Positions 51,501 to 62,230 of a stretch of DNA of 64,000 nt are shown here, one piece after another. Origin of the DNA: Mobula hypostoma. Its lineage: Eukaryota. A program made the position numbers and the translations under genes. The DNA lies in NCBI RefSeq assembly GCF_963921235.1, contig NC_086097.1:118484001-118548000 (forward strand). Reading direction: 5' to 3'. The stretch's first letter is position 1. Each line of letters starts with the position of its first letter. The notes beneath the pieces were generated by a model. It searched no databases and had not been told where the DNA came from. It saw only the letters and a list, made by a program, of their open reading frames with translations.

Positions 51501-54500
51501 CCGGGACTCCGATCAGGCCCCATTCCAATCTGGCACCGGCACTCCGATCAGGCCCCATTCCAATCTGGCCCTGTCACTTCGATGAGGCCCCATTCCAGTC
51601 TGGCACCGTCACTTCCATCAGGCTCCATTCCAATCTGACCCCGTCACTACGATCAGGCCTGATTCCAATCTGGCTCTGTCACTTCCATCAGGCCCCATTC
51701 CAGTCTGGCCCCTGCACTTCCATCAGGCTCCACTCCAATCTGGCCCCGGCACTCCGATCAGGCCCCATTCAAATCTGGCCGCGGCATTGCAATCAGGCCC
51801 CATTCCAATCTGGCCCCGGCATTGCAATCAGGCCCCATTCCAATCTGGCCCCATCACTTCAATCAAGTCCCATTCCAATCTGGCCGCGTCACTCTGATCA
51901 AGCCCCATTCCAATCTGGCCCCGTCACTCCGATCAGGTTCCATTCCAATCTGGCCCCCTCACTTCCATTAGGCCCGATTCCAATCTGGCCCGTCATTTCA
52001 ATCAGGTCCCATTCTATTCTGATCCGTCACTCCGATCAGGCCCCATTCCAATCTGCCCCGTCACTCCGATCAGGCCCAATTCAAATCTGGCCCCGGCACT
52101 CCGATCTGGCCCCATTCCAATCTGGTCCCATCACTCCGATCAGTCCCCATTCCTATCTGGCCCCGTCACTTCAATCAGGCCCGATTCCAATCTGGCCCCG
52201 TCACTTCGATCAGGACCAATTCCACTCTGGCCCAGTCACTTCAATCAGGTCCCATTCCAATCTGACCCGTCACTCCGATCAGGCCCCATTCCAATCTGGC
52301 CCCGTCACTCCGATCAGGCCCAATTCCAATCTGGCCCCGTCACTTCCATTAGGCCCGATTCCAATCTGGCCCCGTCACTCCGATCAGGCCCAATTCCAAT
52401 CTAGCCCTGTCACTTGCATTAGGCCCGATTCAAATCTGTCCCAATCACTTCGATCAGGCCCCATTCCAATCTGGCCCCATCACTTCGATCAGGCCCCATT
52501 CCAATCTGACCCTGTCACTTCGATGAGGCCCCATTCCAATCTGGCCCCGTCACTCCGATCAGGACCCATTCCAATCTGGCCCCGGCGCTTCGATCAGGCT
52601 CCATTCCAATCTGGTCCCATCACTCTGATCAGGCCCCATTCGAATCTGGCCCCGGCATTGCAATCAGGCCCCATTCGAATCTGCCCCCTTCACTTCAATC
52701 AGGTCCCATTCCAATCTGGCCGCGTCACTCTGATCAAGCCACATTCCAATCTGCCCCGTCACTCCGATCAGATCCCATTCCAATCTGGCCCCCTCACTTC
52801 CATTAGGCCCGATTCCAATCTGGCCCCGTCACTTCAATCAGGTCCCATTCCAATCTGACCCATCACTCCGAAAAGGCCCCATTCCAATCTGGCCCCGTCA
52901 CTCCGATCAGGCCCCATTCCAATCTGGCCCCGTCACTTCCGTCAGGCCCCATTCCAATCTGGCCCCGTCACTTCGATCAGGCACCATTCCAGTTTCGCCC
53001 CGTAACTTCCATCAGGCCCGAACAGTCACTTCGATCAGGCCCCATTCCAATCTGACCCGGTCTCTTCCATCAGGCCCCATTCCGATATGGCCCCTTAACT
53101 TCCATTAGGCCCGATTCCAATCTGGCCCCGTCACTTCAATCAGGCCCCATTCCAATCTGGCCCGGTCTCTCCGATCAGGACCCATTCCAATCTGGCCCCG
53201 TCACTCCGATCAGGACCCATTCCAATCTGGCCCCAGTGCTTCGATCAGGCCCCATTCCACTCTAGCCCCGTCACTTCCATCAGGCCCCATCACTTTGTCA
53301 GGCCCCATTCCAATCTGGCCCGGGTGCTTCAATCAGGACCCATTCCAATCTGGTGGCCCCGTCACTTCAATCATGCCACATTCCAATCTGGCCCCGCCAC
53401 TTTGATTAGGCCCCATTCCAATTTGGCCCCGGCACTCCGATCAGGCCCAATTCCAATCTGGCCCCGGCACTCCGATCAGGCCCTATTCCAATCTGCCCCC
53501 TTCACTTCAATCAGGTCCCATTCCAATCTGGCCGCGTCACTCTGATGAAGCCGCATTCCAATCTGGCCCCGTCACTCCGATCAGGTCCCATTCCAATCTG
53601 GTCCCCTCACTTCCATTAGGCCCGATTCCAATCTTGCCCCGTCACTTCAATCAGGTCCCATTCCAATCTGACCCATCACTCCGAAAAGGCCCCATTCCAA
53701 TCTGGCCCCGTCACTCCGATCAGGCCCCATTCTAATCTGGCCCCGTCACTTCCATCAGGCCCCATTCCAATCTGGCCCCGTCACTTCGATCAGGCACCAT
53801 TGCAGTTTCGCCCCGTAACTTCCATCAGGCCCGAACAGTCACTTCGATCAGGCCCCATTCCAATCTGACCCGGTCTCTTCCATCAGGCCCCATTCCAATA
53901 TGGCCCCGGCACTTCCATTAGGCCCCATTCCAATCTGGCCCGGTCTCTTCGATCAGGCCCCATTCCACTCTAGCCCCGTCACTTCCATCTGGCCCCATCA
54001 CTTTGTCAGGCCCCATTCCAATCTGGCCCCATCATTCCGATCAGGCCCCATCCCAATCTGGCCCAGTCACTTCCATCAGGCCCCATTCCAATTTGGCCCG
54101 GTCACTTCAATTAGGCCCATACCAATCTGACCCCATCACTCCGATCAGGACCCATTCCAATCTGGCCCCGGCACTCCGATCAGGCCCCATCCCAATCTGG
54201 CCCCGTCACTCTGATCAGTCCCCATTCCAATCTGGCCCCGGCACTCCGATCAGGCCCCATCCCAATCTGGCCCCGTCACTCTGATCAGTCCCCATTCCAA
54301 TCTGGCCCCGGCACTTCGAGCAGGCCCGATTCCAATCTGGCCCCGTCACTCCGATCAGGCCCAATTCCAATCTGGCCCCGTCACTTCCATTAGGCCCGAT
54401 TCCAATCTGGCCCCGTCACTTCAATCAGGCCCCATTCCAATCTGGCCCGGTCTCTCCGATCAGGACCCATTCCAATCTGGCCCCGTCACTCCGATCAGGA

Positions 54501-57161
54501 CCCATTCCAATCTGGCCCCAGTGCTTCGATCAGGCCCCATTCCACTCTAGCCCCGTCACTTCCATCACTCCCCATCACTTTGTCAGGCCCCATTCCAATC
54601 TGGCCCGGGCGCTTCGATCAGGACCCATTCCAATCTGGTGGCCCCGTTACTTCAATCATGCCACATTCCAATCTGGCCCCAGCACTTTGATTAGGCCCCA
54701 TTCCAATTTGGCCCCGTCACTTCCATCAGGCCCGATTCCAATCTGGTCCCGTCACTCCGATCAGGCCCCATTCCAATCCGGCCCTGTCACTTCCATCAGG
54801 CCTGATTCCAATGTGATCCCGTCACTTCGATCAGGCCCCATTCCAGTCTGGCCCCGTCACTCCGATCAGGACCCATTCCAATCTGGCCCCAGTGCTTCGA
54901 TCAGGCCCCATTCCACTCTAGCCCCGTCACTTCCATCACTCCCCATCACTTTGTCAGGCCCCATTCCAATCTGGCCCGGGCGCTTCGATCAGGACCCATT
55001 CCAATCTGGTGGCCCCGTTACTTCAATCATGCCACATTCCAATCTGGCCCCAGCACTTTGATTAGGCCCCATTCCAATTTGGCCCCGTCACTTCCATCAG
55101 GCCCGATTCCAATCTGGTCCCGTCACTCCGATCAGGCCCCATTCCAATCCGGCCCTGTCACTTCCATCAGGCCTGATTCCAATGTGATCCCGTCACTTCG
55201 ATCAGGCCCCATTCCAGTCTGGCCCGGTCACTTCCATCAGGCTCCATTCCAATCTGGTCCCATCACACCGATCAGGCCCCATTCCTATCTGGCCCTGGCA
55301 TTTCGATCAGGCCCGATTCCAATCTGGCCCCGTCACTCCGATCAGGCCCCATTCCACTCCAGCTCCGTCACTTCCGTCAGGCCCCGTCAGTTTGTCAGGC
55401 CCCATTCCAGTCTGGCCCGGTCACTTCCATCAGGCCCCATTCCAATCTGGCCCCGGCACTTCCATCAGGCCCCATTCCAATTTGGCCCCGTCCCTCCAAT
55501 CAGGACCCATTCCACTCTGGCCCGGGCGCTTCGATCAGGCCCCATTCCAATTTGGTGGCCCCGTCACTCCGATCAGGCCCCATTCCAATCTGGCCCCATC
55601 ACTTCCATCAGGCCCCATTCCAATCTGGCCGCGTCACTCCGATCAGGCCCCATTCCAATCTGGCCCCAGTACTTCGATCAGTCCCCATTCCAATCTGGCC
55701 CCGTCACTTCGATCAGGCCCCATTCCAATCTGGCCCTGGTACTTCGATCAGGCCCGATTCCAATCTGGCCCCATCACTTCGATCATGCGCAATTCCAATC
55801 TTGCCCCGTCACTACGTACAGGACCCATTCCAATCTGGCCCCGGCGCTTCGATCAGGCTCCATTCCAATCTGGTCCCATCACACCGATCAGGCCCGATTC
55901 CAATCTGGCCCCATCACTCCGATCAGGCTCCATTCCAATCTGGCCCCGGCACTTTGATTAAGCCCCATTACAATCTGGCCCCGGCACTCCAATCAGGCCC
56001 CATTCCAATCTGGCCCCGTCACTCCGATCAGGCCCGATTCCAATCTGGCCCCATCACTTCCATTAGGCCCCATTCCAGTCTGTCCCCGTATCTTCCATCA
56101 GGCCCGATTCCAATCTGGCCCAGTCACTTCAATCAGGCCCCATTCCAATCTGGCCCGGTCACTTCAATAAGACCCATTCCAATCTGGCCCCGTCACTCCG
56201 ATCAGGACCCATTCCAATCTGGCCCCAATGCTTCTATCAGGCGCCCTTCCAATCTGTCCCTGTCACTCCAATCAGGCCCCATTCCAATCTGGCTCCGGCA
56301 CTCCGATCAGGCCCCATTCAAATCTGGCCCCGTCACTCCGATCAGGCCTCGTTCCAATCTGGCCCCGGCACTTCGATCAGGCCCGATCCCAATCTGGCCC
56401 CATCACTTCGATGATGCCCGATTCCAATCTGGCCCCGTCACTTCGATCAGGGCCCATTCCAATCTGGTCCCAGCACTCCAATCAGGCCCCATTCCAATCT
56501 GGCCCCGTCACTTCGATCAGGCCCCATTCCAATCTGGCCCCGTCACTTCGATCAGGCCCCATTCCAATCTGACCTGTCACTCCGATCAGGCCCCATTCCA
56601 ATCTGGCCCCGTCACTTCGATCAGGCCCCATTCCAATCTGGCCCCGTCACTCCGATCAGGCCCCATTCTAATATGTCCCCGGCACTTCGATCAGGCCCAG
56701 TTCCAATCTAGCGCGTTACTACAATCAGGTTCCATTACAATCTGACCCATCACTCCAATCAGGCTCCATTTCAATCTGGCCCCGTCACTCCGATCAGGCC
56801 CCATTCCGTTCTGGCCCCATCACTTCCATCAGGCCCCATTCCAATCTGGCCCCGTCACTCCGATCAGGCCCCATTCCAATCTGGCCCGAGTACTTCGATC
56901 AGCCCCGATTCCAGTCTGGCCCCGTCACTCCGATCAGGCCCCATTCCAATCTGGCCCCGTCACTCCGATCAGGCCCCATTCCAGTCTGGCCCCGTCACTT
57001 CCATCAGGCCCGATTCCAATCTGGCCCCGTCACTTCAACCAGGTCCCATTCCAATCTGGCCCCGTCACTTCCATTAGGCCCGATTCCAATCTGGCCCCGT
57101 CACTTCGATTAGGCCCCATTCCAGTCTGGCCCCGTCAGTTCCATCAGTCCCGATTCCAATC
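24539..57161. repeat. ~32.6-kb tandem array of a 35-bp monomer GGCCCCATTCCAATCT-GGCCCCGTCACTTCGATCA (~930 copies)
   Basis: Directly visible; single orientation; no foreign insertion seen; variant monomers form repeated higher-order blocks. Confidence 0.99.
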
Positions 57162-58482
57162 CCACAGCTTATTTAATGACCAGCAATTAAGCAAAGTGTG
57201 TTTCTTAATTATGCTGGAAAAGAAGACAAACCGGGCAAATATTTAAAAAAAGTTCCGAGAATGTCTTTTGTTATCAACAGAGCATTGGACGTCAATGTAA
57301 TTGGATATTGCGTCCATGTATAAATAAGTGAGGGATTGGATTGCTGGAAAAGAAGAGAAACTGTGCAAATATTTGAAAAAAACAAACAGGCACATAAATA
57401 AATAGATAAATAAAAACCAAGAATATGAGCCCTGGACTATATATGAAATCTTTTTCTGTGACTTTTAAAAAAAATTTTGTTTTTGCTCACGATTTTGAAT
57501 GTGCTGTGTATGCTTTGCGCCTTAGCACCAGAGGAACTCTCTTCTGTTTGGCTGTATTCATGTATGGTTTGAAAGATAATTAAACTTCAGTTTGATTTGG
57601 TTTGTCCCTGAAAGTGAGTCCACAGGTTGTTCAGGAGCCTGATGGCTGACGGGTGATAACTGTTCCTGAATCTGGTGGTGTGGGACCTAAACCTCCTGTA
57701 CCTCATTCTCGCTGGCAGCAGCAAGGAGAGAACATGGCTTGGATGGTGGAGGTTTTTGATGATGGATGCTGCTTTCTTGCTTACCGTTCCTTGCAGTTGT
57801 GTTCAATATTCTCACTGAAATCACTAACACAAGTTTACAAAAGGGTTTACATGCAGTGATCTCAACATGTACACCTCACAATCTATTTTGTCATGGCCTT
57901 GCACCTTATTGACTGCCTACACTACACTCTTTGAAGCTGCAATACTCTATTCTGTATTCTTCAATTTTTTTTCCCTTGTGCTTACCTTGATGAACAGACA
58001 TAATGAAATGATAGCTATGGATCTTGTGTAGAACAAAGTTTTTAACAATACCTCATTACATGTGATAATCATAAACCAATTAACAGTTAAGTGCTTGAGC
58101 CAGTACCTCAACAAATGCTGACACATAACAAGTTTAACCTCCAATTTTGCTGGCTTCTTTAGTGCTAAACAATTCTTTAACTACTATAATAAAATCCCTT
58201 ATTACGCTAAATCATTCTGTGTTCCAAACAGAACAGAGCAGTTCCTGTTTACTTTGGTGCATTTGGACTGTAGCTCTCTATAGCTACTACCTATCTTTAC
58301 GGTGAATTTATTTCCCAAATGTGTACTCCAGAATGACTCTGACCAAAATTTGTTCAACAGAAACATTCAACCTCTCTTTAATATTTCAACGTCCTTGGCA
58401 TAAAAGGTAAAATTCTATTAATTTGAATAACATCCAAAATCTGAATTATCATTTGTAAGCATTTTATATCTGAACATCTTAC

Positions 58483-58573
58483 CCTTAGGAAAATATGCAT
58501 ATCATCTGTTGGTTGAATGGACAAAATTACTGCAAGTGGAATATGGACTTCATGATGCAGCTTAATCCATATC
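58483..58573 (-). CDS. Candidate exon (IWIKLHHEVHIPLAVILSIQPTDDMHIFLR)
   Basis: catgacag|G acceptor, AGG|gtaaga donor, open frame, phase-compatible with 59642-59709. Confidence 0.2.
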
Positions 58574-58749
58574 CTGTCATGTGAACAATCGTAGGTAATA
58601 TTTTGTTCCTTTTTACAAACTAGGTTGTTTTTCTTAATTTAGCACCATCTGAAAACATGAAGGTCTCTACCCCTTCACTCAAGTTGTAATCCTATGTGAT
58701 AAAGGACCCTAAATGTGGCATTGTTGGAGACACCATTTGTCACATAAAA

Positions 58750-59092
58750 ACTATAGAGCACTGAAAGGCTTGAATAGAGGGGATTTGGAGAGAATGGTTC
58801 CAACAGCGGGTGAACCTAGGACCAAGGGGGAGAGCCGCTGAATAGAAAGATGGCCCTTTAGATCAAAGATGAGGAGGAATTTCTTTAGCCGGGGGTGGTA
58901 AATCTGTGGAATTCATTGCCACAGGTGGCTGCACAGTGCAAGTCAGTGGGTATATTTTAAACAGAGATTAATAGGTTCTTGATTAGTAAGTGCTCCCAGG
59001 AGAATGTGTTTCAGAGGGATAGTAAGTCAGCCAGGATGGAACTGATAGGCTGACTGGCCTGTTTCTGCTCTTATGTCTTATGGTCTTATGAT
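58750..59092 (+). mobile_element. Degraded CR1 3' end
   Basis: GAGGAGGAATTTCTTTAGCC...AATCTGTGGAATTCATTGCCACAG...TCTTATGGTCTTATG tail. Confidence 0.8.
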
Positions 59093-59641
59093 GGTTAACA
59101 AATTAAACCTACAGCACACAGGTGATGTAGTTATTAACATAAACAGTGTTAAACAATTTTACAATGTTATTACCCCAAATTATCTTCTATTGCACCTGCA
59201 CCATGGGATTTTTCATGTCAGCCTATGATTTAATGTTGGAGCTTGTTGAGCTCATTGAGGTATTTATAGTGGAAGTGATAGAAAGAGAAAAAAATATGTG
59301 AAAAGCCCTAGAGGCCACTTCATAGGTACGCGACAGAAAAAAAAAAGATGCTAGATCTGTGCTTATTATATCTTTCTTACTCACAACGGTTTCTCTAGGG
59401 TACCTCATAGTTGATATGCTTGGATCTGAATTTCAATTAAGTTAGACAACTAAGTTGTGAGTACATCTTGTCATGCTAGACAGCAGTTATTGTATCGCTG
59501 CCTCAAACCAAGCTTTATAAAAAGTAATGAGGAAGGATAGTTATAAAGAAAGCATAATTATACAAAAGTACTCATAAATAACTGGAGAACGTCAATGAGG
59601 ATGACATTATGGAAAAATTTATATCTCTTCACGTCACTTAC

Positions 59642-59709
59642 CAGAGAAATGTTTTGCATGGTTGGTAACTAATTTGCCTGACGAGTAATCCAACTGTGTA
59701 ATGCTCCAT
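59642..59709 (-). CDS. Candidate 68-nt exon
   Basis: catgcctgtag acceptor and consensus CTG|gtaagt donor; two frames open (MEHYTVGLLVRQISYQPCKTFL or WSITQLDYSSGKLVTNHAKHFS). Confidence 0.2.
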
Positions 59710-59809
59710 CTACAGGCATGAAATACACCACAAATACCGGGTAAGATAGGGTCTCTGAGGATAGTAATTCATCAAAGTCCTAACTTTTGTCCTTGAACAT
59801 AGTGAAATG

Positions 59810-60130
59810 AAAGCAGGTGGTTTTTCAGTGAGGTTGGCTGAAACCAGAACCAAAAGTCATAGGTTAAAGGTGAAAGGTGAAGTACTTAAAGGGAACCTGA
59901 GGGTGAATTTTTTTTTACTCAGAGTGTGGTGCAAATGTGGAACAGACTATAAGTGGTGCATGCGGGTTTGATTACAACATTTAAGAGAAGTTTGGATAGG
60001 GACTTGGTTGGGAGGAGTTTGGAGGGATATGACACAGGTGCGGGCCAATGGGACAAAGCAGAATAATAGTTCAGCACAGACTAGGTGTATCAAAGGGGCT
60101 GTTTCTGTGCGTAATGCTCTATGACTCTCT
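59810..60130 (+). mobile_element. Degraded CR1 3' end
   Basis: TTTTACTCAGAGTGTGGTGCAAATGTGGAAC...TTTAAGAGAAGTTTGGATAGG...CTCTATGACTCT tail. Confidence 0.75.
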
Positions 60131-60226
60131 GACTTAGAAGATTTATTTTTCATTGTTTGTAAACAAATTATCTAAGTTACAGAATCTTTGGCTGTGAAAT
60201 TATATCATATATAATATATTTTTATC

Positions 60227-60500
60227 AAAGTTCAAAGTTCAAAGTAAATTTATTATTGAAGTACATATGTGTCACCAAATACTATTGTGAGGTTCGTTTG
60301 CCTCCTTGCATTCACAGTAGATCAAAGAAATGCAATAGAGTCAATGAAAAACTACACACAGACTTACAAACAACCAAATGTGCAAAAGAAGACAAACTGC
60401 ACATACAAATAATAATGAATAAATAAATAAATAATGCTGAGAAAATTGGTTGCAGAGTTTCTGAAAGTGAGTCCGTTGGCTGTGTTCACTGACCAGTTCA
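60227..60500 (-). mobile_element. TTTGAAC-tail repeat 3' end (minus strand)
   Basis: AAAGTTCAAAGTTCAAAGTAAATTTATTATT start, same family as 23872. Confidence 0.65.
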
Positions 60501-61479
60501 GTGTTATGAACATAGAAGACTACAGCACAGGAACAGGCCCACAATCAGCCAAATGGTGAGAGAAGTTGGCTCGTGCTCTTCATATGACTCTCTCTTAGGT
60601 CTCTCAATGTGCATCACACAGCTCTATGTACAGACTCCATGAAGCGCTCTTGTTATGAGAACCACGTGGTCACCAGAAAGGTAATGGAGCCACCAAGTAA
60701 GTTCCGATGCAATGACTAATCAGGAAGCACACTACAGGCACTGTAGTGTTCCCCTCTTCATTATTCTTAGTAGGTGCTGCACAATATAGCCATCATATGA
60801 ATATAGTCCTTATTCATGACTGGATAGAAGGACTAGGAATTGATAGAAGGGTCAAGTGTGGATGCAATTGGGAAATCCCTCTCTGCAAGTACTGTAAGCA
60901 ATCAAATAATTTGGCCTCTGTTTTCATAACAAGACTAAGTAGAATTATTAAAAGTAGAATTATTAAATTATTAATACTGTGTCTGACCACAGTATTACTG
61001 ATAAGTAGTAAACAGTTTTTATTCTTCACAAATTCCAGGCGATGACCAACTGCAACAAGAGAGAGTCCAATTGCTTCTCTTTGGTGTTGATGCTGAATCC
61101 TAGGGTACCACTAACCAGATACTAAGCTAGATCAGGTAGTGGCATACAAGCCCATGTCAGTGGTTGTATATACTATGGTGAAAGTCTCACCTTGACAGTC
61201 CATAAAAGTCTAGAATTGTAAATTAGCAGTTTCTGAGTACAAGGGATATTCTTTACTTGTTTGGATGGATTGCTTCTCCAATAACACACAATAGTGTAAT
61301 ACCATCAAAAACTGGCATGGGGAACATCTATTGCTTAGGGTACAGCTATCCATTAGCACATTAAGACACCAAGAACGGTGAAAAAAACATATTGAAAGGA
61401 CACAAAAGTAAAAGAACTGAAGATTTAATGGGGCAAGCATTAAAGCAGTCTGATAAAAGGCTGAGATAATATGTAAAGA

Positions 61480-61860
61480 CCTCCAAGAGGACTACTAGCT
61501 TGCTGTGGTTTGGAGGCTTGTGTGCCTCAACGATCCAGAGACCTATGTTGGCAGGAGTCAGGGCTTTATGATTTGGCACTTGGTAGGGTCACCCATGCCA
61601 ACAGGTCAAAGGGTAGAGGCCAGACTAAGAGTGGTCCACCGGTCCTCCAGGTTTGGGGATTCAGTTTAGGACTAAAAATCCTGACTGGTAAAACAAAACT
61701 GTTATGGAAACAGCAATGAAGAACCTTTCTACATATGAGTGCAACCGTATACCTGAGTCTCCACCTGGGACTAGCATGACCAATAGCAGTGAAAACTGAC
61801 AGGAAGCCACTGACATGATGAAGGAAGCCCTGAACACTGGCAGAGATGGATGCCCTAAAC
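61480..61860 (+). mobile_element. RTE-type 5' UTR-derived repeat
   Basis: CTTGCTGTGGTTTGGAGGCTTGTGTGCCTCAACGATCCAGAGACCTATG...GGTAGGGTCACCCATGCC...GCCAGACTAAGAG resembles vertebrate RTE 5' ends (recognised from memory only). Confidence 0.5.
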
Positions 61861-61977
61861 AGCAGAGGCATAGTGGGCAGTGGGATAATATGGTAAGATA
61901 TATGTAAAAGCTATGACATTTCTCAGTTTGAAAACCCTATCACGAAGCATGCTGTGACGTGAGGATGGGGGTGGGAG

Positions 61978-62230
61978 GTGACATGGTCGTGTAGTAGTTA
62001 GTATAACACTGTTACAGTGCCAGCAAACTGGATTCAATTCCTGCTGCTGTCTGTAAAGTGTTTGTATGTTCTCCTTGTGAATGTATGAGTTTCCTTTGGG
62101 TGCTCTGTTCCCCCCCCCCCCCCCACCACTCATGTTCCAAAGACATTTAGATCAGTGGTTAATTGGGCAGTGTGGGCTCATTGGACTGGAAGAGTCTATT
62201 AAAGTGCTGCATCACTAAATAAAAAAATAA
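61978..62230 (+). mobile_element. tRNA-derived V-SINE-like SINE
   Basis: A-box-like TGGTCGTGTAGTAG, B-box-like GATTCAATTCC, core GTTTGTATGTTCTCC...GTTTCCTTTGGGTGCTC, A-rich tail. Confidence 0.65.

Noticed and set aside
25246..56745. Dozens of long Pro-rich ORFs (up to 689 aa; SGPIPIWPRHFDQAPFQSGPVTSIRPHSNLAPSLR repeats) as a repetitive protein gene
   Set aside because: A stop-free 35-bp unit gives the same 35-aa repeat in all three frames; 1-bp indels and stops are tolerated throughout, and there is no frame preference or consistent start
24539..57161. CRISPR array (35-bp repeat length)
   Set aside because: No unique spacers, no cas genes, vertebrate context
24539..57161. CENP-B box or centromere identity
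   Set aside because: TTCGATCAGGCCCC lacks the A and CGGG of TTCGnnnnAnnCGGG; sequence alone gives no centromere evidence
24539..57161. Immunoglobulin switch-region-like repeat or NF-Y CCAAT-box array
   Set aside because: AGCT/WGCW hotspots are absent from the monomer and no Ig exons are seen; CCAAT is preceded by TT rather than the purines NF-Y prefers
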